Shown here piece by piece: positions 26,501 through 40,000 of a DNA stretch of 64,000 nt. Origin of the DNA: Octopus sinensis (Eukaryota). Location: NCBI RefSeq assembly GCF_006345805.1, contig NC_043007.1, positions 72,540,001 to 72,604,000 of the forward strand, read 5' to 3'. The notes beneath the pieces were generated by a model. The model did not search any database, had not been told where the DNA came from, and worked only from the letters and a program-made list of their open reading frames with translations. Numbering within the stretch: position 1 is the stretch's first letter; each line of letters starts with the position of its first letter. The position numbers and the translations under genes were made by a program.

Positions 26501-29500
26501 ACTGAACTACAGCTAAATATTCTCACCTGGATCTAACATTTAAAAAAAATTAATCCATAGATCTACTGTTATACAAATATGGATGGTGGGGGGGACCTTA
26601 TTTCTGATATATTTTTAAATAAGTGATTATTGAAATGATTTTCTTTTTGTTGTTTTCAGCTGATTTTGGTGTTTCTGCTCAAATAACAGTTACTATGTGT
26701 AAACGAAAGTCTTTCATTGGCACTCCATATTGGTAATTATTATTATTATTATTGTTTTTGTTTATTGTCTTTAATTCTCTCTGATGTTGTAAATTTATGC
26801 AGAAGAGCATTTATAAACTCTTTAGCATTTAGATTACTCTTTCAAACGTACTGCTTATTTATTCACATTGTTTTGAATTAATCATTATCTTTGAATGATG
26901 TGATAGTTATTTTTAGAATGACATTGTAGGGTAGATGCAAGCGATTGGGTCTGGCCAGTTTGAACATAAAACAGGGTAGAATATTTTGGGCCAGATATGG
27001 CAGATTTAAATGCTAAAGGCTTAATATCATTCAGTAAACAAGAACAGACACATAGAAAAACAATTTAATCCACACTGGTTCCAACATCAATTTCAAAATC
27101 ATAGAAATTTATTCCACATCACATGCAACATAAAAACCTTAACTACATAGTTGCAGTTGCTAACCTAATAAAAATTAGTGAAACCATAAAAAAAAAAAAC
27201 ATTGTCATTATCACACAAAAATACAATTTAGTAGCAAAAAGCTAATAATTTTATTAGTATGGCTGTATGGTAAGAAACTTGCTTTCCAACCACATGGTTT
27301 CAGATTCAGTCCCACTGTGCGGCACTTTGGGCAAGTGTCTTCTACTATAGACATCAATAAAGCTGAAAGCCTTGTAAGTGAATTTGGTAGATGAAAACTG
27401 AAAGGAGCTCATCATACGCGTGTGCACATGTGTGTGCATACACACTTGTCCCCCACCACGGCTTGACAACTGGTGTTGGTGTGTTTATGTCCATGTAACT
27501 TAGCAGGCTTTAAAAAAATAAGTACTGGGGTTGATTCATTCAACTAAAAATTTTTCAAGACGGTGCTCCAGCATAGCCGCAGTCTAATGACTGAAACAAG
27601 TTAATGAAAGAAGTAACTAATGTTAGCCTAAAGCAAGCAGTAAAATACTATAGAATGCAATAAACACGATCAGCTACACTTAGCTGCACATCTAGTGCAA
27701 CGCTGTAAGGAACACTTTGGCTCAAAAACAAGGAAACTAAAAGAAGCAATTTCTTTAATCCCTTCTCTTTAGCATAACAAAATATAGCCATCATGTTCTC
27801 AACAACTTCAACATACTTCATATTCATTAACATGCAAAGGTGTTATGGTACACAAACACACAAATAACATTCACGGATACCCTACTTGGCTTAACAAAGC
27901 AACAACAACAACATTAGTATACAAACAAATTATTAGATTCATTATGGATTATGTCTACATGAATCTCTCCACAAGTCACAAACAACATAGAATAGTATAT
28001 ATCCCACTGTAATTGTTGGATTGTCAGGATGAAACTTTACTTTAACTACCATCTTAAATCAGTATACCATTGTAAATCTTGCTTTTTTTATTTGACTGTT
28101 TACAGGATGGCACCAGAAGTGGCTGCAGTTGAAAGGAAAGGGGGGTATAATCAACAGTGTGATATATGGGCCGTTGGTATCACAGCCATAGAATTAGCTG
28201 AGCTTCAACCACCTATGTTTGATCTACACCCTATGAGGTGAGTTACTTAAGATTTTTATTAAATATGTTTTGATTTAAAGCCATAATTGCCTTATTTGAC
28301 AGTTCTCTTACAGTCTTCTATTTCACTTTGGTTCATATTATTCGATATATTGAGACCCTATAGTTCTCAAACACCGCGAATATTAAGAAAACAACACTGC
28401 ACCGCATCTCTACCCAACATAGAAGACCTTCAGTTAAAACCCTCACAGTTGCTTGAAACATGGGACTTCACTATCACCAAATGTCTCACCTTGTAAAAGC
28501 AGATCCTTAGCATAGCTAGGACTGGCCTTTGTTTTCAGGGCCCAAAGCTATATCTGTCTTCAATAGTTGCTGATACTCTACAAGGTTCACAATGGGGTAC
28601 TGCTACTACACAGACACACATATAAGCATTCTGGACTATATTCAGAAAAAGACCACTTGACTAATAGCTATTTAATCACTTATGAATACATTCCAGTCCC
28701 TGACCCACAAGTGTACTGTCCCTTTTATTTTCCCTATTCCTCAGAATTAGCTGGGCTCATATCTTCTCCATACTACTTTGTTTGTTTTTCCACCTCTTGT
28801 CATTCTTGCTGCATCCAATCCTCTTGGCACTGCACTAATCCTTATGCACAGCTTTTTCTCCCTCGTACATCCATTCTCTAAAAGTTTCCAGTTCATATCT
28901 TTTCTGCTTGTGTTGACCTACAGTTGTTTAAGCAGAACATTAATGACATCAGGCTCACTAGCCTCAGGGAGAAACTCACAGGCCATGCCTTTTCCTCCAG
29001 ATTCAACTAGTAAAAATATTTTTAAAAAAAAGCCCAAAATGATTGAATATTTTCAGCAAATAGCAATGGTTTAATATGTATGTTTTTGTATATGTGGTGT
29101 CTATATACAGGTTTCAATTTTTAATAACTTCCTTAGCTTGACAAATAAATGCATGAAATTTTGATGCAGTAAAAAGGACATAATGGAAATTAATATGCAC
29201 AAGTCAAATTTTGCAACAACACTACATCACATATGAAAAATGACATTGCTTAAATGGCAGCCGTTTTTGGCTTTGCATGTCCGTGCTCTTTCCAAACCTT
29301 GCACCATAACACCCTCAAGCGTTTCAGGCCTCACTTCTCTGATTTCTCTATTGATGTTCTCCTTCAGTTGCACCAGGGTCTCCGGTTTGTTGACGTAAAC
29401 CCCCTTCTTCAGGTATCCCCACAAGAAAACATCTGGGTTAGTCAAGTATGGGGAGCGTGGAGGCCAGTTGACATTGCTGAAATGAGAAATTATTCTCTCT

Positions 29501-32500
29501 CCAAAGCACTGCCATAGCAACTGAATTGTTTCTCTTGTGGTATGAGCAGTTGCCCTATCTTGCTGGAACCATGTGTGAGGTCTACTTTAAATGGCCTTCA
29601 CGTTCCCCAGACTTGGCTAGCCTGGATTTTTCTTGTGGGGATACCTGAAAGAGAGTGCTTACATCAACATATATTGAGACCCTATAGTTCTCAAACACCT
29701 TGAAAATTGAGCCCTTTGTGTTCCAAAATCTTGGTGCAGGCAGAGAGAATGGCATCACAGCACAGTACTACTTTGACCAGATCCTAAGACCTCACATCGT
29801 GCTTTTCTTTGTGCATCACCATAGTCACGTGTTCCAGCAGGACAATGCTCCCTCCCACATGGCCAGAATCACCATGGACTTCCTGCTTCAGCACATCATC
29901 AGAACGATGCCATGGCCAGCTCTCAGCCTGGATTTGAACTCAATTGAACATCTGAGGGATTAAATCCAGAGAGAGCTGAACCAGGTGGTCCCAAGGCCGA
30001 CAACTTGTGTGGAACTGGGGGCAGCTTTCCTCATGATATGGGCACAAGTGTCACTGGCTTTTGTGAACCACCTCATGCACTCCATATATTGATGGTGCAT
30101 GGCTGTTTTGAACACTCAGGGAGGGCATACACTACCAGAACACATGAAATTGAATTTATCAGATTTAACAAAATTTATCTCTGACATAATGAAATTAAAA
30201 CATATTTCACAGTTACACACATCTCACATTGCTTTTGCAGTTCAGTGTATATTGTGGCAGGGGTCTGTGTATGTATGTGCTGACATGTGAGTGTATGTCT
30301 GTACAAATCTACACTTTTGTACCTAACAATATGTTTTTAAACAATTATGCCAAGGTCATGCATGGCCTAGTCATATTCCTCTATTAAGTATATTTGTGTT
30401 TTTATTCATTTCCAATTTCTATTGGTTTCAGTCAGTGTCTTTACAGACTGGCCACTCCTTGTTTCTATGCATTTTTTTTCTCTTTTCTTCCTTCTCTATC
30501 TCTTGTTTATTTGTATGATTATACATTACCACTTGAATAATTTAAATATTTCTTGTTCACTCCATTTAAGGTTGTCCAGTTCAGCCTTTTCTCTCTCTTT
30601 CTTAAAATAGGTTCTTTATTTTGGTTTTTCTCTTCTTTTTCTCTCTCTTTATTCTCTATTCTGTTTTTTCCCTCTCTCTTGTTTCTTCGTCCCTCTTTCT
30701 CTTTTATATGTGTGTGTGTATATATATATGTATGTTTGTGTGTCTGTGTTTGTCCCTTCAACATCGTTTGACAACCGATGCTGGTGTGTTTACGTCCTCT
30801 GTAACTTAGCAGTTCAGCAAAAGAGGCCTATAGAATAAATACTAGGCTTATAAAGAATAAGTCCTGGGGGCAATTTGCTCGACTAAAGGTGATGCTCCAG
30901 CATGGCCACAGTCAAATGGCTGAAGTAAATAAAAGAATAAATTGTAATGATAATAAAATTTCAAACTGAAAATCTGCCAGTGTTGAAGCACCTCATGGTA
31001 AATAATATACATTGTGTAATTTTTTTGTTGGTGTCAAAATAAACTAATTGTTGCTGCTTCCAACTCGTGAGCAAGCAACATAGTGTTGGCCGTGGGAGAA
31101 GCATGTAGCAGAGAGATCAAATGCAACCACCTTGGGATTGATCTTGAGATTTGTTAATTGAAATATCAAAACTTACTTTGACTGGAAACTGAAGCATCTT
31201 AAATTCAAATGGAGCATCTGCAGGTGTGAAAATTTTTTGAATAAAGACATTTTCTCCATTGTGACTACCTGTTATGATTGTTGCCTGTAAGACATGGGGC
31301 TCCATGGAAGTAACAATTAAGCGAATTTCATTACACAGGTGAGATGGGTCAAGATTCCTAAGCAATATAATGGGAGCACCCGGTTTTAGTGCCAAGTTAT
31401 GCAGTGGCATCCCAGTGGGTTTAAGTTTGTTCAGAAATTCAACCTGATCTTGATCGACTTTTGTCAATTGATTGAAAAGTCATTTCTGATGTGTCTGTTA
31501 ACTTTTGAAGAAGTTCATTATTGAGTTTATCTACCATTTCATTAGTTGGATCTTGTATAGCTGTTCACATAACCAATTGACATCAGTGTAATTGACAGAT
31601 AAATTAGGAAATACTTTATCCATAAAATCCTGAAGAGAAAATATCATTTGACCACATGTAATTTCATGTAGCTGAAGTTTTGAGTTGAATGTTAAGATTC
31701 CATTACCAATCTTAAGAAGTTTGTATGATCACCTTGTAGAAGCACTCTGATGTTTGTAAGATGAAGTTTTTTCATGTCTCCAAATGTATGATTTTTTGGA
31801 GCATGCATTGACCTCATCAGCTTTTGATTCTTTGGGGATAACTGGCATTGTTTGATGAAAATCTCCTGGAAGAAGAACTGTTACTCCTCTCATGAGCATG
31901 CTATTGTTTTTTTTTTATCTTGGAGGGTACAGTCAAGTATCTCTGGAGCTCCACGATGTGACAGTACACTCATTCCAAACAATGAGACAAGTTTGTTGTG
32001 CAGAGATTTTGGAAATGTTGCACATTTGAGATTCTTTTATTGCAAGGTTTAGAGCTTGAACATGGAATGAGCAGTCCTTTCACCCATTGAGGAGGGTAGC
32101 TGCAACACCAGAGTTCAAATATCATGTCAAACAATGTCAGATACTATGACTCAACTGTTAGTAAAGTGAAATCACGTGTTTTCACGAATGTACTAACAAG
32201 ATTTGTGTTCAAATTTACATTTAAATTACAACGGATACTCTCAGCCAGGTTGGTCTTTTGAACCAAAAAATTTTTCGGCCAGCTATGGGGCCGGTTTAGT
32301 ATCAAAAGGGTTAAATGAGGAATATTGTTGACTGTTTATGCCTGGTGGGAATTGTTGAATGAGGGAAAGGCTATACTGTGTTAAGCTATATGTCTAATCT
32401 GGTGGTGAATGGCATCTTCCTATTTAGTAACAGAAACTTGTCAAGATGCATACATGTTGTAAAGATTTCAGATATCAAGTTTAGAGGGTTGGTGCTGTTC

Positions 32501-33999
32501 TTCAATTTAATAAGGATGTATGTTTCTCAGCTATACAGAACCTGCAGTTTTAAGACCTGTTAATGTGTAGCCTAGTTCTCACTGAGATATTCCATGTAAT
32601 ACTGTGTGATATACTGTATTCAGGTTTCCGATATGACTTGCTAGCTCTGTGTTTTTCCTTTTCTTTACATTTGAAAGATGACTGGTAATTAGTGTATCTC
32701 TCTTTGAAGTCCCTTTTGCACAGTCTGATTTGTTTCCTTTTCTTTCACTTCCTTTATTTAACAGCACAGAAGTGACCTTGGCTTCATAAACAACTAAGTT
32801 AACCTTGCATGCCTGGTCCAATGGATATGTATCTGGGTTCTTGAAGTTGCAGCCTGGAGTGGATATCTTCATTGGGTTACATGAAATAATGTTTCATATT
32901 AGGTTGATTGTTCAGGTCAGAAATTTGAACAATGTTCACAGCAGTGGAAAAGAAGACAGAAGCCTTTGAAATGTGAATTTTACACAGATGGGGCAGAATA
33001 AGCTGGAAAGACTGTGCAACAAACAGTGCAGTACTAGAAAAGCTGAAAGTCCAAAGACACCTGCTGTCAAGAATTAAGTCCACAAAGCTATCATATGTAG
33101 GACATTGAATGCCCCACATGTCATTGCCTCCAAGATCATCATAACATAAAATGTGTTGGGTAAGAGAGCATGAGGCCATCAGAAACATCTACAGACTGAT
33201 GACATCAAAGAAGGAACTGAAAAGAGGAGCTTAGCTTATCATATATATGTAGCACAACACAGAGGGAACTGGAGTCTTGGCAAGATGACCCATGGACACA
33301 GGTAGGGGTACTTGGCTGATGATATTCAGACCACAGCTGTAGGGTACTATCATGGAACATCTTTTGTCAATTATTGTATCTCTATAACTATCAGGGAAAT
33401 GTTTATCTATCGGGGCTAGGAATTTTGTATTTGAGGAAAATATTTAAAAATATCGTTATGAATGTATTTTTATCTGTTTATTTTCAGAGCTTTATTTCTG
33501 ATGTCAAAGAGTGGTTTTAAGCCACCACAGCTAAAAGATAAAAACAAATGGTAAGAAGTTAACATGCATTGAAACAACTATTTCTTTACTTGCAATTATT
33601 TGATATTGATTCCTGCGTTCTTATAAAGGATATTTCTGTTATGGAATTTAGTACATGGTACTTGTGTGTTCAAACGACTTCCATTTTATAAAGTCAATGT
33701 TGGGATTGCAGACTAAGTGTTTTAAGGTGAATTTGGCTGCAGATGATGTTTGAAGTTGGTGCTAACAGAAGTTTGTATCTCTCAGCAATAAATTAATAGC
33801 TTTGTACTGCATCACTGAATAACAAGTAGTATGTTGTTGTTTCTGTTAGCCTGTCAGTAACTACTCAAGTATAGTTGACTGCTCTGTAACCACAAGGTCA
33901 TGGGTTCAATCCCACTGTACTCCACCATGGACAAATCTCTTCCTGCTATAATATCAACTTGACTAATAATTTGAAAGAAAGAAATTGTGTGGAAGCTCT

Positions 34000-34035
<36 letters not shown>

Positions 34036-37000
34036 ATGCCTATTTTTCAGTGACAGATATATTGACAAGAAAACTGAAAATGGGTGTTCTTTTAGCAAAA
34101 GTCCCTTTTGATATTTGTTTAACAGGAGCTGGATGCATTCCCTTGTTGCTCCCACCATCAGAAATGCAATGAACCAATATTGGACTTTTGGAATTTTATA
34201 ACCAACCAACAATGTTGTTCTCTAATTATAATATGAAATAGCAAAAGCAACTTTAGTTTCTTTACTACTAAGTAATTTTAAGGTAACTCTCTCCCTATGT
34301 GTAACACCAAACTATTGTTTGTAGTTCTTCTGTCAGCTGGAATTCAACTTAGCATTAAAAGCCAATGAAATCACAATCCTATGGCAGTGCTACTTGTGTT
34401 GAGCTCTGTCACTCTACAATATTTAGACTAAACTGTAGGCATAGTACAGTGCCAATAGCAGGAGATAAATCATCACCCTCTTATTGATATTCAATTTCTG
34501 GAGAACACAGAATAAAATCTTGGTTATAAATGTAGATGGAAATTTATAAGTTATTTTAAATATGTGCAATTGATACAGTTAGACATTTTTGTTTCCAAAA
34601 CATATTTTATAATTTTGTTGTGTGTATTTCAGGTCACCTCTTCTACATAATTTTATAAAAGTTGCATTAACAAAAAATCCCAAAAAACGGCCTACCGCTG
34701 ACAGACTATTAGAGGTAAGCTCCATTTTCACTGACTTCATCTCTCTATATATAAACGGCAGTTTGTCTGTCTGTGTATCTGTGTGTCTGTCAGGTTGTAC
34801 CCTCACCCTGACCACAGCTTTCAACCGATTCTGATGAAACTTGACACACACATAGCCCAATGTCATAATTCAAAACTAACGCAGCGAAAATTTTGAAAAG
34901 TTCCCCCAGTTCTGAAAAAAATCGATAAATTCGGCATGGGGGTCGAGAATCTAAGCTTTTTATTTGCAACACATTTTCTGTTGTAGTTTTCGCAACTTGC
35001 AATCGATTTTCACCAAACTCATGGTGAAGCTTAATGTTACCCTAAGAAACTTAATTCTGACGTTAGTTTTCCATGCAATACCTTACCATCAGAAAAAATT
35101 GATAAAATCATGCCATTTTGGGAAATCGCGTTCAAATTCAAGATGACATATTTTCGACAATATCTTTCTCAAATTGGCAGGAACTTTTTTAAATTCACAG
35201 CGAGCATCATGTCTGCTCCAGGGGCTCTTACATATCCAGGCAATGCCGCTAGTTAAGTCATACAAGATCATCACTCACTATTTTATTGTATGAGAAATGA
35301 AACTCGTTTGTAACAGCTTATTGTAGCTTAAATATATATATATTTTATCATTAATGTGTCTTATTTTGCTTTCTTTTTTTTAGCATCCCTTTTTACACCA
35401 AAATTATTTATCCAGAAAATGTACGAAAGAACTTTTAGAAAAAGCCCGTAATCCACAACATCATTTTAGTGATCTTACTGAAGTAGATGATGAAGGATTT
35501 CTACAGAATGTGCCTCAGAGAATATCCTCAGAAAATACTAGTCGTGCTCCTAAAAACAGAAATAGTCTAGAAATTACAAGTAAGTGATTGTTTCATTTTC
35601 ATCATCATTATCATCATCATTTAACATCCGCTTTCCATGCTAGCATGGGTTGGACGGTTCAACTGGGGTCTGGGGAGCCCGAAGGCTGCACCAGGCCAGT
35701 CAGATCTGGCAGTGTTTCTACAGCTGGATGCCCTTCCTAACGCCAACCACTCCGAGAGTGTAGTGGGTGATTTTATGTGCCACCGACACAGGTGCCAGAC
35801 GAGGCTGGCGAACGGCCACGCTCGGATGGTGTTTTTTATGTGCTACCGACACAGGTGCCAGACGAGGCTGGCAGACGGCCACGCTCGGATGGTGTTTTTA
35901 TGTGCCACCGACACAGGTGCCAGATGAGGCTGGCGAACGGCCACGATCGGATGGTGTTTGTTACGTGCCCACAGCACGGAGGCCAGTCGATGCGGTACTG
36001 GCTACGGCCACGTTCGGATGGTTTTCTTGCGTGCCACCGGCACTGGTACCACAAAGATTGTTTCATTTTATTTTAATTTAATTAATCATTATATCATTAA
36101 TGAGATGACTATGAACTGAAGTACAAGACAAGATACTGTGTTGCCAAAGCTGAAAAAATGGATATTAAACTGGTAATAATAATAATATCATCCAATAACT
36201 TGAATTTCTCTCTTTATTGACCATTAGTAAAGTTTCTGTAAAACCAAATCCACTGGTGACCTACACTCCTCTGTGGATTTTTGCTTTAGTGAAAGCCTGT
36301 TACGTTGCCCTTAATATTGGCAAAAGTTTCAACCTGTCTGCTATGTCAAACTGCCTATGAGCTTCTTTCTCTATCTCTTAGAACTGTAGTTTTCTAACAG
36401 ATCACACTATTGCCATGTTAATGGAGCGCTTTCTGTTCATCTTTTTATCAATTCCTACATGCATCATCTACTCCTAACCCAAAGCCATTTACCCAGTTGT
36501 GGCTACTGTTGCATGCAGACAGCTTCATGGCCACAGACAAGAATTTGGTGTTGGGCAAGGAGCAAAGCAGACAAACTACTTCAAAGAGCACCACCATATG
36601 TTCCCCCCCGTCAGAGTTACTCCTCCACCCTGACATCCCATGCACACAAACACTTCTCGCATCAAGAAAATATCATTGTGCCACACTCCACTTAATCATA
36701 AGCAGTACTTACTTCTGCAGTTTAGTGTTTGAGGTGACAACCAGAGACAGAAAAGAAATTTGGGAAAATTATAGTCTGAAGAAGAAATATTAGGAAAAGT
36801 GTCTGGTATAGATCTTTTGTGGAGCTAGACAGTAGGAATGACAAGAAGAAGAGAAATGTGTACATAAAGTAATAGTGGGACATACTTTCCTATCAGTTTT
36901 ATAGCTTGAGTAAAGGAATGAGATGAAAGCTAATTCAATATTTATAGGACTGACAAAACCATTAGCATGTTGGACAAAATGCTTTGCAACATTTCATCCA

Positions 37001-40000
37001 GCTTTATGTCTTGGGTTCAAATTCTGCCAAGGTCAACTTTGTTTTTCAGCTTTCCTTGGTTGATCAAATAAGTGCCAGTTGAATACTGGGGTCAATGTAA
37101 TCAATTTATTCCACCCCCCACCCCGCACCTGAATTTGCTGGCCTTGTGCCAAAATTTAAAATCAGTATTTTAGAACTTGAATCTTACCAAATATATTATG
37201 CAGTTAAATTGGGAAGGACTTACTTCAACAAGCTTTCTGTTGTGTCTTCCAGGTAACATTATTATTCAATTTTCCACAAGTTTATTTGTATAAAATCCAA
37301 TCAAATTCAGAGGGAAGGACAAAGTTGAGAGAGAATTTAGTGTTATTATTCCTTGCTGTAAAACAGCAGATTTATGAATTCATAAACAATATTTTTAACT
37401 TGATCTTTTATTTTTATTTTTAGTACATCTAAGTTAACATTTTACCTAATTTTTTGACAACTCTGCTTATATATTTTCTTTACTTTCAGTTGGTCCATTA
37501 TTAAGAGATTCTCAAACAGAAAGGGTAAGTAGTTCCTTATCCTTTACTTGAAAACCTGTCAAAATCCCTAGCTACATCATACATTGGAGACCCTGGTTTA
37601 CGTTTTTAGTCTTAGAAACTGCATGATTAATTAAAGATGTTCTTGTACAGGCAAGATACATGGTGATGGTAAACAATTGACTGAAAATTTATTTAGAACT
37701 GTTTTTTCTGAATTCAATTTCAAAATTAGTACCAAATTCTTTCATTGCTTTTGTATTGCATAAAAGTTTTCTACATTTGATAGAATCTATTTTGATTCTT
37801 AAAAGTTTTTAAATGCCTTCATCTAGGGGAGTTAAAGATCATCCAACACTGCTCAAAACAATAGTCAGTGGTTAGTTTGAACATCTGGAAGGACATGAGC
37901 AGAAGGAATGCTGGTGTTCTAAGGAATAACAATTTTGCTACTCTATAGAATTGGATGTGAGAGGAAAGACCTGGGAGTTGGGTGTGGAATTGGTCTACAG
38001 CTAAGTCATCAAGAAGTGCTTAGGCTGTTGTCGTAGCATGAGAAAAGGTTAAAAACAGAAACAATATTTGTTGGTCATTGAAGGCGGCGAGCTGGCAGAA
38101 ATGTTAGCACACTGGGCAAAATGCTTAGCGGTATTTCGTCTGCCATTACGTCCTGAGTTCAAATTCCGCTGAGGTCGACTTTGCCTTTCATCCTTTCAGG
38201 GTCAATAAATTAAGTACCAGTTACGCACTGGGGTCGATGTAATCGATTTAATCCCTTTGTCTGTCCTTGTTTGTCCCCTCTACATTTAGCTCCTTGTTGG
38301 CAATAAAGAAATAAGAAACAACATTTGTTGGTCACATGTAATATAATGGCAGTCTTTTATATGGAATCTAGGATGTATGTATGTGAACAATACTGTCTCA
38401 GATGTGACAACAGTGCTCCTTTGTAGGTAGTTGTTCATTGATCAGAACTGAAGTAGTTTTGATCCCAAAAAGGAAGGCTAGTTTTTGGGATGCAGATTCT
38501 TGTATATTCTGTCTGTAGACTCACCAGAATAGATCAGAGACTATGAGACCTAACATTGGTAGCAAGCTTCAGGGTTTAGTTATGCATTTTCCAATTCTAG
38601 AAAGGTTGTGATAAAAATTGCATTCCAATCTCCTCACAATTCTGCCTCTCTTTTCTTTTGTTTAATGTTATTCAGTTTGACTATATTCTTATTCTGCATG
38701 TTATTCATAAGCATGACACAATAGAACATAGTTTATTTTGTTCAATTTTATTTATATATATATTTTTTTAGGAAGATCAATATGATACTGCAAGACCATG
38801 GCCAGAATATGGTGATGTCAAAAAGTAAGTTTTCTTCACTATTTCGTTATGAATATTTTCATTAGGTACTAATGATATACTGTTTATGTTTGATTCATTT
38901 TGTTATTGCTTTTTTTTTAAAAAAAAAGAATATAATGTAATAGTTTTGAACTTCATTAATATCTTAATTGCTTTTTTGACTGATTTCCAGATTTGAGTTG
39001 TTTCATCTTGAGAATTAAATCTTAATAAAAATCTGTTTTGTTTTCTCTCTATGACATAACAAAACCATATGTTTTACAAAAAAAAAAAAATAATAATTAT
39101 AATAATAATATTAATAATACGATAACAGATTAAATTTGTTTAAAACCAATTGAAAATGTTCAAATCTATAACTCCAGATCTTTTAAGAATTTATTCTCTT
39201 GCAAAATGTCATCAAATCATCTTTTTCAGCAGACGTCATTTGGAACAATTTACTGGCTTCTAAACCACCCTTTTTTGTATATATTTATTTTACTGATTTG
39301 CTGCATTTTAATAACCTCACTCCAGATAACTTTGTTCTAGCTTTTGTTATATTGACATTACCTAATATTTGAATTTTGTGTATTGAAACCTTCATGTATT
39401 GTTTCACCAAATTAAATTATAGTAAAGATTCTCAGAGTGAAAATAACTGTTATGAACTTAGACTTCATAAAAGTAGGATGCTTTTGTCACTTCTGTAAGC
39501 TATCACCACTCTTTAGTTCTTTGAACTAATTATCAGGATAGATTATTTTAATTTTAATATAGAGCAATAACATAGAAATAAATTTCATAATTTATTTAAA
39601 ATCCCATTGTAAAAAAAAATGAAAACTGATTCTATGCTGCTAACAACCATGTCTTTTAGTAACTAATTCATTATTCAATAAATAAGTCATGGATACTTCC
39701 ACTGTCATACAACTGTGGGATATGGCTCCATGTTATCTTTCTGAACTTTTCTTGGGTGATTGCATTTTCCCCATCAGACATTCTACCATTTAGTTTTGCT
39801 CTTGTTATGTAGCCACCTAAAAGAAAGGTTTGATTTCAATTAAGTCTTGTTTTAAATACTACTTTTAAAAAACAAAGCAAACCCTATCCATTTAGAATAT
39901 ACTTGGGTTAGCAGATCATAAGGTAATTATTTGAGGTGATGATGGAAGGTGATGATTTGGAGCAATTTAATTTTAACACTATATCTCATCTAAGCTATTT

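Noticed and set aside
35760-36062. CRISPR-like or regularly spaced repeat array
   Set aside because: The units are contiguous with no unique spacers, the context is a eukaryotic intron, and there are no cas genes
35637-36081. Several overlapping 76-104 aa ORFs with repeated peptides
   Set aside because: They are translations of the 63-bp tandem array in an RTE 3'UTR
39896-39922. 27-nt exon candidate NILGLADHK with AAG|gtaatt donor
   Set aside because: Open only in phase 0, while the host intron is phase 2, where it hits a stop; poor pyrimidine tract
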